Of a DNA stretch of 56,250 nt, positions 19,121-29,608 are shown in pieces. Positions within the stretch are counted from its first letter, which is position 1. The number at the start of each line of letters is the position of its first letter. This DNA is from Candidatus Fermentibacterota bacterium (lineage in GTDB: Bacteria; Fermentibacterota; Fermentibacteria; Fermentibacterales; JCC-6). The position numbers and the translations under genes are program-made. The notes beneath the pieces were generated by a model. It made no database searches. It was given only the letters and a program-made list of their open reading frames with translations, and was not told the origin of the DNA. Location: positions 1 to 56,250 of the forward strand of contig JAKPTG010000095.1 of NCBI GenBank assembly GCA_029571005.1. Reading direction: 5' to 3'.

Positions 19121-21067
19121 TTAGCGGATCAAGGTGACCCTCGCGGTGGCCACATTGCCGCCCTGGGTCAGTCTGAGGAAGTAAACCCCGGTTTCAAGGC
19201 CCTGGTTGTCCCAGGTGACGATGGCCTGACCCTGGAGATTGCCCTGGAAGGGGCTGGAGACCAGCCGTCCGGCGATGTCGTAGATCTCGAGGGCTGCGGG
19301 ACCGCCGGTTCCGGAAAGAACCACCGGAACATTACCCGAAACGGGATTCGCCACCGAGACGGCAATCGGGCTGAATACCTGCTGATGGTTTTCCTCCTCG
19401 ATACCGGTCATGGGCCAGGTCTTGGTGATGACGCTGGGGTCTCCGAAGAGGTGATAGCCTTCGTAGTAGAGCTTGGTGCGGCCTCCCCCGGAGTAGTAGT
19501 TATAAACCGCGAGCAGGCCGCCGTTCATGTATCCCATGGGCCAGTAAACGTCGTCTCCCAGGAAGTATTCGTACTCGGCCCGCTCAAGGATGTCGTCCTC
19601 GCTCCAGTAGGTGCTGGGCCAGCTGCCCCAGAAGTACAGGCCGCCCCGCTCGGGAGTGCGGGTCCAGGTTTCCGCCCAGCAGGTGCTGACTCCGTACTGG
19701 CCGGTATTGCATGAGTGGGACAGCACCCCGGGGAACATGCCATCGTTGGTAAGCTGATTGAAGTTCGCTCCGCTGAAGCTCATGTCGCCCCAGCTGGTGG
19801 TACTGCCGTGACCGCTGAAGGTGACCATGGAAACGCCGGCGTTAATGGCGGCGACGGCATGGGAGGCGTTTCCGCCAAGATGGGGATAGACCTTGGTGGA
19901 CACGTACCCTCTGGGGGTGCAGTAGGTGTCTATGCAGTAGTTGTGGCTGCCCTCGGAGACAGTGTAATTATCGCTGGAAGCGATCCACAGAAGCCCCTGG
20001 ACCCAATCCTGCACTCCCACCGAGTTCTCGTAATCTATAACCCGCTGGGCCATCATTATGGCCTGCCCTGTGTTCTGAACGCTGAACCTTCCGATGAAGG
20101 CGTCGGGGACGAACCCGCCGTCATCCAGGGCGACGTAGTAAAGATCGGTGGAGCCACTGTAGGCAGTGGCGGAATTGCCAGGAAGATACTCGCTATCGCC
20201 TACGAGCAGAACGTACACCGGCGGATCGGACCAGGTGGTGATAGCGTTGTGAATGTAGTCTTTGATCTCCGTGGCGGTCGAGCCGGTAACCGAGAGATCA
20301 ACCATGGTCACATCGAACCCGAGGGCCTCCTTGTGAGTTACGAAGGCGTCCATCCCGGTGGTCACGAAGTCTGAATGCCCGATGATCAGGTACGGCGCCG
20401 GGGGAGTGTCCATGCCGGACTCGAAGATACCGTAGTTGGAAACAAAGGAGGACAGAAGGGTGTCGAACTCGTTGCATGCGTAACGGCGGGCCTGCTCGTA
20501 GCTCCTGCCGAGATCGCCGCCCTGGAAGTCAAGCCGTATCTCCGCCCCGGCAAGAAGGGTGTAACCGTCGCTGGGATCCCAGCGAAGGGGCATCACTTCC
20601 ACCAGCGCAAGGTTCCTCCCCCGCATTTCTCCCGCATAGATGACCCTCACCCATTCGGAAGGATGGGGAGAACCCTGGGAATAGACCTCCGGAGCGGGTT
20701 CGAGAATGAAACTGTCCCGGGAATCACTTTTCGCGGCGCTGAGAACCGCCGGCTCCACGGGCAGCCCGGTCCCCGGAAGGTACTCCACCCGGAGTTCCGT
20801 TACGGCGACCTCGACGGTGGCCCCAACCGGAATTTCAATCCATGTGCGATAAACGGGAAGTCTGGGGAAACCGGCTTCCGCCAGGCTCTCCGAACCATCC
20901 ATGGAAACGGTTGAATACAGAACCCCGCGCATCAGCACCGTGCCGAACCGGGGCACGGCTGCGTCGAAGGACACGACCATGCCCTCGGACGAACTCTCCC
21001 GAATGGTGACCCCCGCCGCTGACACGGCTACGGCCGCCAACAGGCATAGAACTGTAACGATTCTCAA
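19121..21067 (-). CDS. C25 (gingipain-family) cysteine peptidase with propeptide and T9SS-type C-terminal domain
   Basis: AAGGAG RBS then TTG 21067; GFPRLPV propeptide, YVLLVGD, TDLYY, FIGRFS, FSGHGS (His), HSCNTG (Cys), LFGDPS; CTD LEIYDIAGRLV...TGVYFLRL. Confidence 0.92.
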   Translation of the reverse strand: MRIVTVLCLLAAVAVSAAGVTIRESSSEGMVVSFDAAVPRFGTVLMRGVLYSTVSMDGSESLAEAGFPRLPVYRTWIEIPVGATVEVAVTELRVEYLPGTGLPVEPAVLSAAKSDSRDSFILEPAPEVYSQGSPHPSEWVRVIYAGEMRGRNLALVEVMPLRWDPSDGYTLLAGAEIRLDFQGGDLGRSYEQARRYACNEFDTLLSSFVSNYGIFESGMDTPPAPYLIIGHSDFVTTGMDAFVTHKEALGFDVTMVDLSVTGSTATEIKDYIHNAITTWSDPPVYVLLVGDSEYLPGNSATAYSGSTDLYYVALDDGGFVPDAFIGRFSVQNTGQAIMMAQRVIDYENSVGVQDWVQGLLWIASSDNYTVSEGSHNYCIDTYCTPRGYVSTKVYPHLGGNASHAVAAINAGVSMVTFSGHGSTTSWGDMSFSGANFNQLTNDGMFPGVLSHSCNTGQYGVSTCWAETWTRTPERGGLYFWGSWPSTYWSEDDILERAEYEYFLGDDVYWPMGYMNGGLLAVYNYYSGGGRTKLYYEGYHLFGDPSVITKTWPMTGIEEENHQQVFSPIAVSVANPVSGNVPVVLSGTGGPAALEIYDIAGRLVSSPFQGNLQGQAIVTWDNQGLETGVYFLRLTQGGNVATARVTLIR

Positions 21068-21169
21068 GGCAACTCCTTTCCTATGAAGAAGGTCTGCATG
21101 AAACCGCAACATCGAGCAGAGTGTAGATGCATATAATAGGGAAAGTTCCAACCCGGGTAAAGGAAGCTT

Positions 21170-23278
21170 GTGAAAGCCGTACTATCGTCCATGCTGGTGT
21201 TCCTGCTTCTGTACGCCCCCGATGATGGGGGAACCGGGGAAGGGATAGCCCTGGTGCTTTCCGGAGGCGGCGCCAGGGGGCTGGCGCACATCGGGGTTCT
21301 GAAGGCGCTGGAGGAGGAGGGCGTCCGGGTCTGCGGCCTGGCGGGCACCAGCATGGGCGCCCTGATATCCGGTCTTTACGCATGCGGCTACAATGCGGCG
21401 CAACTGGACAGCATCGCCGCCGACATCGATTGGCTGCACCTCTTCAGCTCCGCCCCGGAACCCAGAATGGCCCTGCTCCCCGACAGAATCAGGAAAAGGG
21501 AGGACCTGGTAACCCTCAGCCTGCAGGGGCTTACTCCGGTGATTCCCGCAAGCGCCGTTTCCAACATGCGGGTCGGGTTGCTCCTCTCTTCCCTGACCGG
21601 CCCCACGCAGGTTATCAGGGGGACATCCTTCGATTCCCTGCCCATTCCTCTCCGGGTGGTGGCGGTGGACATCCCCGAGTGCCGGCGGGTCGTGTTCCAG
21701 GCCGGAGACCTGTCAAGGGCACTTCTGGCCAGCATGGCCATCCCTGCGGTCTTTCCGGCGATCAGGGAGGGGGAGATGCTGCTGGTGGACGGCGGTGTTT
21801 TCGACAACCTGCCGGTGGATGCGGCGGCAAAGGCCTGGCCCGGCCTGCCCGTGCTCGCGGTGGATGTGGGTACGGGATACCGGGATTCCTTCCCGGACAA
21901 CCCATCCATCCTGGAAGTGGGCAACTATACCTTCGATGCCCTCTCCCGAAGGGTGAACGAACAGCACGCCGTGGAATCCGACTGGTACTTCGCTCCGGAC
22001 CTGCACGACAAAAGGATATGGAGCTTCGGTTCCCGCGACAGTCTGGTGCGCTGGGGATACGAACAGACCAGAGACTGGCTTGCCGGGCATCCGGAAATCC
22101 CCAGGGGTGACCCGGGGAAACCACCCTGGAACCCGGGGGTGTTCACCGTAAGAAACATCATGATATCGGGAAACCATCGGGTCTCCTTCTCGGCGGTGTC
22201 CGCCTGGCTCTCCCTGTCCCGGGGCGACTCGGTGACTCCGGAGATACTGAGAAGGGTATCCGAGGAACTTTACGCATCCAACCTCTTTGAAAACCTGCGT
22301 TTCAGGATGTATCCGGGCGGGTCCGAGGGTGAGGTGGATGTGGCCTTCACCCTGAAGGAAAACATTCCCGCATTCCTCGGAATTGGAATGACGTACCACA
22401 GCGATTACGGGCTGGACAGCCGAATCACCATCGAACACAGGAACGCATTCAACCGGGGAATGAACGGGCTCGTCAACGCGGGCGGCGGGCAGCGCTACGT
22501 CTTTCTGGAGGGGGCCATAAACACCGGCTCCGGCGGTGGATACACGAAGCTGGAAGGAAGCATGCACCAGATAAAGGGTGAAGAGCCGGCAGCCGACGGT
22601 TCTTCTCCGGTCAGGGTCTGGAGCGACCACAGCCTCTCCCTGTCCTTCGGCAGGACGGTTTCCTGGTTCGGCATCACGGAGCTTGGAGCCGGTTGGTTCG
22701 GGCGGAGGTACAGCGGCTCCTCCGGGGAGGGGTATCCGGCGCTCTTCGTCCGGGCGGCGGCGGACACCAGGGACGACCCCACCGCCATGGCGCCGGGCAC
22801 CAGCGTCACACTGTTCTTTTCCGCGTCACCGCAGCCGGGGCACGTTCACCACCTCTTCAAATGGAGGCTGGACGGCATCGTTGATACACCCGGGAATTTC
22901 ACGTCCGGGGTGAGCACCTGGGGACAACTCCTTACCGGAGACAGCTATGACTGGCAGTACTCCAGGTGTACCGCCGACCGGGCAATTCCGGGTTACCGAT
23001 GGAACTCTCTGCCTTCCAGACAGAGGACCGCCGCCGAAATCTTCGTTCAGCACCCCCTGGCAGGGCCTGTGAGCATCGGCGCAAAGGGAGCTGCGGCGTG
23101 GGACTTCGAGGCCATCGGCAACCCATGGGACGGGGCTCTTCACCATGGTTACGGCGCCTTCCTCCAGATGAATGTACCGGGGGGGTCGGTAAAGCTCTCG
23201 GTCGGTCGTCCCGATGAGGGCCCGGTGAGATGGGTGGTTTCCATGGGGAGTCATTACTCCTTCGGACCGGGGAGGTAG
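21170..23278 (+). CDS. Patatin-like phospholipase with POTRA and beta-barrel (PlpD/type Vd-like)
   Basis: LSGGGARGLAHIG, GTSMG, ASMAIP, VDGG; POTRA-like ISGNHRV...LYASNLFE; C-terminal amphipathic beta strands ending MGSHYSF. Confidence 0.88.
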   Translation: MKAVLSSMLVFLLLYAPDDGGTGEGIALVLSGGGARGLAHIGVLKALEEEGVRVCGLAGTSMGALISGLYACGYNAAQLDSIAADIDWLHLFSSAPEPRMALLPDRIRKREDLVTLSLQGLTPVIPASAVSNMRVGLLLSSLTGPTQVIRGTSFDSLPIPLRVVAVDIPECRRVVFQAGDLSRALLASMAIPAVFPAIREGEMLLVDGGVFDNLPVDAAAKAWPGLPVLAVDVGTGYRDSFPDNPSILEVGNYTFDALSRRVNEQHAVESDWYFAPDLHDKRIWSFGSRDSLVRWGYEQTRDWLAGHPEIPRGDPGKPPWNPGVFTVRNIMISGNHRVSFSAVSAWLSLSRGDSVTPEILRRVSEELYASNLFENLRFRMYPGGSEGEVDVAFTLKENIPAFLGIGMTYHSDYGLDSRITIEHRNAFNRGMNGLVNAGGGQRYVFLEGAINTGSGGGYTKLEGSMHQIKGEEPAADGSSPVRVWSDHSLSLSFGRTVSWFGITELGAGWFGRRYSGSSGEGYPALFVRAAADTRDDPTAMAPGTSVTLFFSASPQPGHVHHLFKWRLDGIVDTPGNFTSGVSTWGQLLTGDSYDWQYSRCTADRAIPGYRWNSLPSRQRTAAEIFVQHPLAGPVSIGAKGAAAWDFEAIGNPWDGALHHGYGAFLQMNVPGGSVKLSVGRPDEGPVRWVVSMGSHYSFGPGR

Positions 23279-23280
23279 AA

Positions 23281-23622
23281 TTGAGAATCATTCGGAGGCA
23301 GGATGTCAAACCCTTGAGGATTTCCGACAGCGGGGCATCGGGAGTCAGCGAGGGGGTTATCGCGGACCAGGCCCGCGGTTGCGGCCGGTTCGCCGCCAGA
23401 AAGGTATTCATCGCTTCCGGGGGAAGAACGGCCAGGTTCGGAAATTCCGCCGGGACCCTGATAGTTCTGCTGGAGGGAACCGTCGGAGCGTCTTCACCGA
23501 CCGACGGGCTTGAGATAATGTCGCCGGGTGACGCGGTCATCCTCACGGAAGGGGAAGAGTGCAGAATCATCAATCACGGTAATGATCGTGCCGTGGTTCT
23601 CAAAGTTGACGGAGTCCGCTGA
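23281..23622 (+). CDS. Small cupin-fold protein
   Basis: GGGGAGG RBS then TTG 23281; IVLLEGTV...MSPGDAVIL..GEECRIINHG is a cupin motif pattern without the metal-binding His residues. Confidence 0.65.
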   Translation: MRIIRRQDVKPLRISDSGASGVSEGVIADQARGCGRFAARKVFIASGGRTARFGNSAGTLIVLLEGTVGASSPTDGLEIMSPGDAVILTEGEECRIINHGNDRAVVLKVDGVR

Positions 23623-23794
23623 ATCCGAACGCCTCTGCAGAGCCCGGGGCCCATACGTTTTTTCGGCTTCCAAGGCGATGCGCCGCATGAAATTACATAG
23701 GCTTGTACATCTCGTTTAGCCCGTCCCTCCACCCGATTGTATATTTTCGTGCAAACTGCTGCTTCCGTACTCTGACCACCCGGGAGAAGAAACC

Positions 23795-26065
23795 ATGAAG
23801 GCGATAGACAAGGGCTCGTTCCCGATTCTCATTGTGAGCGGAGAAATAGGGGCCCACACCCTGGAGGGGAGAAGGGTGCGGGCCATAGCGGAAAAACTCG
23901 AAAACTCCGGTTTCACGGTACTCAAGGCCCAGAACTGCACCGACGGTCTGAGCGATTTCCACTCGCATCCCGACCTTGGCTGTGCCGTGGTGGACTGGAA
24001 CACGGAAACCGACACCCCCCAGGATTTCCTGCGGGGCATCCGGCGGTTCAGCGATGTGTTGCCGGTGCTGCTCATGACCGACCGATTCAGCGTGGAGAAT
24101 CTGCCGATAGGCATCCTCAGGGAAATTGACGGATACATCTGGCTGGCGGAAGACACCCCCGACTTCATAGCGGGCCGGATCGAGAAGGCCGCCCTGTCCT
24201 ACATAGAAGGAATTCTTCCGGTGTTTTTCCGGGAGCTGGTCAAGTACTCGGAGCAGTACCGGTACTCCTGGCACACCCCCGGACACATGGGCGGAGTGGC
24301 TTTCATGAAGACCCCGGCCGGGAAGGTCTGTTTCGACTTCTTCGGCGAGAACACCTTCAGGGCCGACCTCTCGGTCTCGGTTCCGGAACTCGGCTCCCTT
24401 TCCGACCACAAGGGGCCGATAGGAGCCGCTGAAAGGCGCGCCGCCAGGGTGTTCAACGCCGCACAAACCTTCTTCGTGACCAATGGGTCCAGCGCCGCCA
24501 ACCTTATGGTCTGGAACTCGATGGTCACCCGGGGCGATGTCGTTCTCGTGGACAGGAACTGTCACAAGAGCATAAACCACGCCATCATCCTCTGCGATGC
24601 GATACCGGTTTACTTTCTGCCCACAAGGAATCCCTACGGCACCATCGGGCCCATTTCCCCCGCCGAGTTCAGCCGGGATGTGATCCGGGCCAAGGTTCAC
24701 GCTTGCCCGCTCATCACCGACAAGGACGCAGGAATCAAGCTCGCCGCCATAACCAACAGCACCTACGACGGCCTGTGTTACGACACGGTGAGGATCACCG
24801 ACTCACTCGCCGACGTGGTGGATGGAATACTCTTCGACGAAGCCTGGTTCGCCTATGCCCATTTCCACCCTATCTACAGGGGCCATTACGCCATGACCGA
24901 CCATCCGGACGACGGTGAACCTCGAATGCCGGTGTTCGCCACCCAGTCAACCCACAAAACCCTGGCCGCCATGTCACAGTCTTCGATGGTCCACTACCGG
25001 GACGGATCGGCTCGGAAAATAGATCCGGACGTGTTCAACGAAGCCTACCTCATGCACAGCTCCACATCGCCCCAGTACGGCATGATCGCCACCCTCGACA
25101 TCTCCACCCAGATGGTGGAGGGCAAGGCCGGCACCAGAATGATGCAAGAGGCGCTGAGGGAGCCGGTGGTCTTCAGAAAGACCATGGCCTCCATCAACAG
25201 CGAGATCATGCTTTCGGAGTCCGATCCCGCCAGAAAATGGTGGTTCACCCCATGGCAGCCCGACTGTCTCATGGATGTGGAGGATCGGACGCTCCTTGCG
25301 GAGCAGGAATGGTGGACGCTCAAGAAAAGCGACTCATGGCACATGTTCCAGGACATGGACGACAGCGGCATCATGCTCGACCCCTTCAAGGTCACCATCA
25401 CCACCCCCGGGATAACAAGGGACGGCTGTCTGGACAGTTGGGGAATACCCGCGGCAATCGTAACGATGTGGCTCCGCTCCCGGGGCATCATGGTGGAGAA
25501 AACCGGGCACTACTCCTGGCTGCTGCTGTTCAGTATAGGCATCACGAAGGGCAAGTCGGGAACCCTTCTGGCCGAACTCTTCCGGTTCAAGGAGCTTTAC
25601 GACGAGGACGCGGAGCTGGAGGAGATTCTGCCGGACCTGGTGAAGCAATACCCCGACGAATACAGCGAAATGACCATTCAGCAGCTCTGCAAGAGGATGC
25701 ACGCCTTCCTCAGGGAGTACAGGCTGGTGGAGGGGATGCTGTCATGCTTCAGGATCCTTCCCAGGCAGGCGATGACCCCGGCCCAGGCCTACCGCGGCAT
25801 GGTCAGGGGGGAGGTGGAGCGGGTGGGCATACGGTCACTGGAGAACAGAACCGTTGCCGTGCAGGTCGTCCCGTACCCTCCCGGCATTCCCATCATCATG
25901 CCCGGCGAAATGATAACAGCCGAAACCAGGCACATAATAGACTATCTCTGCGCCGTGGAGGAGCTGGAAACCATGTTCCCCGGGTTTGAAGGGGAGATAC
26001 ACGGGGTTCACAGGGTCCGGGACGACGAAGGCGTGAACAGGTTCCTGCTTTACTGCCTGAAGTAG
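23795..26065 (+). CDS. Ornithine/lysine/arginine decarboxylase, PLP-dependent, with wing domain (AdiA/LdcC-like)
   Basis: WHTPGHMGG, FVTNGSS, DRNCHKS, NSTYDG, FDEAW, TQSTHK (PLP Lys), STSPQY, PYPPGIP. Confidence 0.95.
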   Translation: MKAIDKGSFPILIVSGEIGAHTLEGRRVRAIAEKLENSGFTVLKAQNCTDGLSDFHSHPDLGCAVVDWNTETDTPQDFLRGIRRFSDVLPVLLMTDRFSVENLPIGILREIDGYIWLAEDTPDFIAGRIEKAALSYIEGILPVFFRELVKYSEQYRYSWHTPGHMGGVAFMKTPAGKVCFDFFGENTFRADLSVSVPELGSLSDHKGPIGAAERRAARVFNAAQTFFVTNGSSAANLMVWNSMVTRGDVVLVDRNCHKSINHAIILCDAIPVYFLPTRNPYGTIGPISPAEFSRDVIRAKVHACPLITDKDAGIKLAAITNSTYDGLCYDTVRITDSLADVVDGILFDEAWFAYAHFHPIYRGHYAMTDHPDDGEPRMPVFATQSTHKTLAAMSQSSMVHYRDGSARKIDPDVFNEAYLMHSSTSPQYGMIATLDISTQMVEGKAGTRMMQEALREPVVFRKTMASINSEIMLSESDPARKWWFTPWQPDCLMDVEDRTLLAEQEWWTLKKSDSWHMFQDMDDSGIMLDPFKVTITTPGITRDGCLDSWGIPAAIVTMWLRSRGIMVEKTGHYSWLLLFSIGITKGKSGTLLAELFRFKELYDEDAELEEILPDLVKQYPDEYSEMTIQQLCKRMHAFLREYRLVEGMLSCFRILPRQAMTPAQAYRGMVRGEVERVGIRSLENRTVAVQVVPYPPGIPIIMPGEMITAETRHIIDYLCAVEELETMFPGFEGEIHGVHRVRDDEGVNRFLLYCLK

Positions 26066-26259
26066 AAAACCCTGTGGTTTTCCCCGGGGGCTTCATCCAT
26101 ACCGGGCCGGACGGATGGAGGAATACGAAGGCCCTCCCGACGCCGATCCGCGGCAACCCTCGGTACCAGGGGCACCTCCGCCGGACAGGGCGGGAACCGC
26201 CTTTCCATGGGCCGGCATGTATGCGCCTGATTGACGCGGCATTACATGGATTCGTCGCG

Positions 26260-27201
26260 TCAGCCGAGCCCGCCCTCAAACCATGAAACGGTGCGAGCGA
26301 GGCCGTCGGAAAAGGAGACGATCGGCGTGTAGCCGAGAATTTCCTCCGCCAGGGAGATGGATGCGCAGGAATGCATGACATCCCCGGGACGGGGTTCCCG
26401 GTGGACGGGTTCGATCTCGGGGCGTCCTACCAGACGGCCTATCTCCCGGGCAAGCCGGTTCACCGTTATCGAGCCCCGGCAGGCCAGGTTTATCACCCGT
26501 CCGGCGGCCTTCGGGGCCTCGGCCGCCAGGATGTTGCCGTGGACAACGTTCGCCACGTAGGTGAAATCACGGCTCTGCTCTCCGGAACCGTTGATGACCG
26601 GGGCTGCACCCTCCCGCAAAGCCTTTATGAACAGGGGTATCACGGCGGAATAGGGGCTGCCGGGATCCTGAAACGGTCCGAAGACGTTGAAATAACGCAG
26701 AGCCACCGTTTCCAGTCCGTATATCCTGTGGAAAACCTTAAGGTACGCCTCCCCGGCGAGCTTGCTCACGGCGTAGGGAGACAGGGGCATCGGCGGAAGG
26801 CTCTCGTCCTTGACCCCGACGGCGGCATCACCGTATACGGAGGAAGAGGAGGCGAACACGATCCGGCGCACGCCGGCTTCCACGGCGGCGTGAAGGATGT
26901 TCAGGGTTCCCCCGACGTTCACGTCGTTTGTGGTGACGGGGTCGGCGATGGACCTGGGAACGGAAGGCAGGGCGCCCTGATGGAAAACCACCTCGACATC
27001 CTTCACGGCTTTCGTCACGGTGTGACAGCTCCGCAGGTCCCCTTCGATTATCTCGATGTCCGCGGCCACCTCGTCGAGGTTGCGCCTGTACCCCGTGGAG
27101 AAGTTGTCCAGCACCCTGACCCTGCGCCCCCGGGCAAGGAGTTCCCTCACGATGTTGCATCCGATGAAGCCCGCTCCCCCGGTGACCAGATCCACTTTCA
27201 T
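26260..27201 (-). CDS. NAD-dependent nucleotide-sugar epimerase/dehydratase (WbpP/GalE-like SDR)
   Basis: VTGGAGFIG, ALPSVPRS, ASSSSVYG, SPYAVSK, LRYFNVFGP, QSRDFTYV. Confidence 0.93.
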   Translation of the reverse strand: MKVDLVTGGAGFIGCNIVRELLARGRRVRVLDNFSTGYRRNLDEVAADIEIIEGDLRSCHTVTKAVKDVEVVFHQGALPSVPRSIADPVTTNDVNVGGTLNILHAAVEAGVRRIVFASSSSVYGDAAVGVKDESLPPMPLSPYAVSKLAGEAYLKVFHRIYGLETVALRYFNVFGPFQDPGSPYSAVIPLFIKALREGAAPVINGSGEQSRDFTYVANVVHGNILAAEAPKAAGRVINLACRGSITVNRLAREIGRLVGRPEIEPVHREPRPGDVMHSCASISLAEEILGYTPIVSFSDGLARTVSWFEGGLG

Positions 27202-27606
27202 AACGACAGGCCCTTTCCGTTGAATCCGTCTCCCGCACCCGCCGCCCACCGGCACCGCCGTACGGAAGCGACGTAAACATAACCCCTACCCGGCCCCCCA
27301 AGAAACCGCCCGGGCCTATCCGGGCCTTTTGCCTCCCTGGGGGAGGTATTGCGGGTTTCCCCGAAGGGGAGACGACCGCTGCGCCTTCCCACGGATATCC
27401 CCTTTCGTTTCGTCGAACCTTCCCGGGTTCCCCCCGACGAGTCACCCTCTTACGGCGGCCCGAACGGTGCGGCCGGAAAGTTCTTCTCCTGCGAACAGGC
27501 CGCCGGGCGATCCTCTTCCGTCCCGGAACAGCTGCCGGTCTTCCGTGCCGGCTTCCCTGTGGTTTTACCGGAGACGCCCCTGCATATTCGCTCGAACGGA
27601 GGCGGT

Positions 27607-28485
27607 ATGAAAGGAATCATTCTGGCCGGTGGAAGCGGCTCCAGGCTTCACCCCATGACCATCGCCGTGAGCAAGCAACTGCTTCCGGTGTACGACAAGC
27701 CCATGGTCTATTACCCCCTCAGCATCCTCATGCTGGCGGGGATAAGGGAGATACTCCTCATATCCACCCCCCGGGACCTGCCTATGTTCAGGTCGCTGCT
27801 CGGTTCCGGAGAACGGCTCGGGATATCTCTGGAGTATGCGGAACAGCCCAGACCGGAAGGAATCGCCCAAGCCTTTCTCATCGGCAAGGAGTTCCTGGAC
27901 GGGGGCAGCGCCTGTCTGATTCTGGGCGATAACATCTTCTACGGACAGGGCCTGCCCGCAATGCTGCGGAGCGCCCGGCTCCAGGCGGAGGCCGGAGGAG
28001 CGGTGGTTTTCGGCTACAGGGTCGCGGACCCCCAGCGCTACGGAGTGGTGGAATTCGACAAGAGCCTGGCGGTGAAATCCATCGAGGAGAAACCGGCGGC
28101 CCCCCGGAGCAACTACGCCGTCACCGGCCTCTACTTCTACGACAACCAGGTGTGCCGGCTGGCCGGAACCATCACCCCCTCGGCCCGGGGAGAGCTTGAA
28201 ATCACCACCCTCAACAGCCTTTACCTGGAGAAAGGGCAGCTCTCATGCAGACTTCTGGGCAGAGGGATGGCGTGGCTCGACACCGGAACCCCCGACAGCC
28301 TGGCCGAAGCCGGCAACTATTTCATGACCATCGAGAAGAGGCAGGGGCTCAAGGTTTCCTGCCCGGAAGAAATAGCGGTCCACATGGGATACGTCAGCCG
28401 GGAGGACATGCTGCGGCGGGTGGAGGGACTTGCCGGCGACTACTACGGCTACATCTCATCGAGGCTGAGGGAACCGGAGGGCTGA
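27607..28485 (+). CDS. rfbA: Glucose-1-phosphate thymidylyltransferase
   Basis: MKGIILAGGSGSRLHP, SKQLLPVYDKPM, LGDNIFYG, EEKP, SARGELEIT, WLDTGT. Confidence 0.96.
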   Translation: MKGIILAGGSGSRLHPMTIAVSKQLLPVYDKPMVYYPLSILMLAGIREILLISTPRDLPMFRSLLGSGERLGISLEYAEQPRPEGIAQAFLIGKEFLDGGSACLILGDNIFYGQGLPAMLRSARLQAEAGGAVVFGYRVADPQRYGVVEFDKSLAVKSIEEKPAAPRSNYAVTGLYFYDNQVCRLAGTITPSARGELEITTLNSLYLEKGQLSCRLLGRGMAWLDTGTPDSLAEAGNYFMTIEKRQGLKVSCPEEIAVHMGYVSREDMLRRVEGLAGDYYGYISSRLREPEG

Positions 28486-28594
28486 ACCAAAACCCCCGTA
28501 CCAAGCCGTGCAAGGCCGCTGCAAAGCAGACAGAACCGGCGCTCCGCACCGCCGGGGCCCAGGCCGTCCATGGCAAGGAGCACCCTCATCGCCC

Positions 28595-29608
28595 TTACAG
28601 CTCCGTGATCATCCCGGCGATGAGGGCCGCAAGGCGTGGTTCCCTGGGCCTCAGGGGCCCCTTTCCGGCGGGCAGGTCCCGGGGGGCCGGGAAGTCCCCG
28701 GCCCTTTCCAGAAAAACCAGCCGTCCCAGCCGCTCGAGGGTTTCGTCCACCCGGCCCCGTCTGCCCCGGAAGAAGGTGTAGGACGGAACCCCCAGAATGG
28801 CCGCCTCCCTGGTCATCGTCCCGCCGCCGCCGATAACCGCGTCCATGGCCAGTATCAGCTGAGGGCCGGGATAGGGTCCGGCAGGCTCCAGCAGACGGTC
28901 GCCGTATTCCGCCCGGCCGGGGTGGAAGTCCCCCGGAGTTCTGGGCACCCACACAAGCTGGACTTCCCGGTCCGGAGCCAGCCGCTCCAGCAGCCCGGCG
29001 AGGATCGTCTCCGCCTCCGGGTTGTGGTAGTGGGCCGTGGTCGCGGGGGGCCTCACGAGAATCTTCACCCTGTCGGCCAGGAGCCCCAGTTCCCTGGAGA
29101 TTTCCGGGTCCGGCTCCGCTCCGCCAAGGTAGAGGTTCTCCTTGAATCCGGGGTAAAGGCGGACCTTTCCGGCCCTGATGCCCGCTTCCCGGCATCGCTC
29201 CATGCCCACCGCCTCCGGAACCAGTATGCGCCGGCAGAACAGGTTGAATATCAATGGGTTCACCCATTCGTAGTCGTACATTGCAACGCTGGGAACCCCC
29301 AGAAGCCACGAGGCCAGGGGCAGTGCACGGGACCCGTGGCCGAAGGATACATCGGGCTTCCAGCGCCCCATGGCTTTCGCCAGTCTCACCGCCCTGACCG
29401 CTATTCCGAGGGCCTTGACCGGAATCGGACCGCCCCGGCCTCCTCCCACCTTCAGGTAGTCCAGCCGGTGCAGGTCCAGAAGCCCGCAGGTGCCGGCCCG
29501 ATCCCTGGCGGTGAACCTGACGGAGTGACCCAGGGCGGTCAGTTCCTCCGCCAGGGGTTTCATCACCGCCACATGGGGGGCGTTATCGGCGTCAAACCAG
29601 ACCTTCAC
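28595..29608 (-). CDS. DUF354 family protein (GT-B-like)
   Basis: KVWFDADNAPHV, TARD, YDYE, YPGFKENLY, GGGGTMTREAAILGVP. Confidence 0.88.
   Translation of the reverse strand: MKVWFDADNAPHVAVMKPLAEELTALGHSVRFTARDRAGTCGLLDLHRLDYLKVGGGRGGPIPVKALGIAVRAVRLAKAMGRWKPDVSFGHGSRALPLASWLLGVPSVAMYDYEWVNPLIFNLFCRRILVPEAVGMERCREAGIRAGKVRLYPGFKENLYLGGAEPDPEISRELGLLADRVKILVRPPATTAHYHNPEAETILAGLLERLAPDREVQLVWVPRTPGDFHPGRAEYGDRLLEPAGPYPGPQLILAMDAVIGGGGTMTREAAILGVPSYTFFRGRRGRVDETLERLGRLVFLERAGDFPAPRDLPAGKGPLRPREPRLAALIAGMITEL

Noticed and set aside
27599-27610. GGCGGTA before rfbA resembling an ops/JUMPstart element
   Set aside because: It is the RBS-to-start spacer (GGAGGCGGTATG); the rest of the ops consensus is absent.
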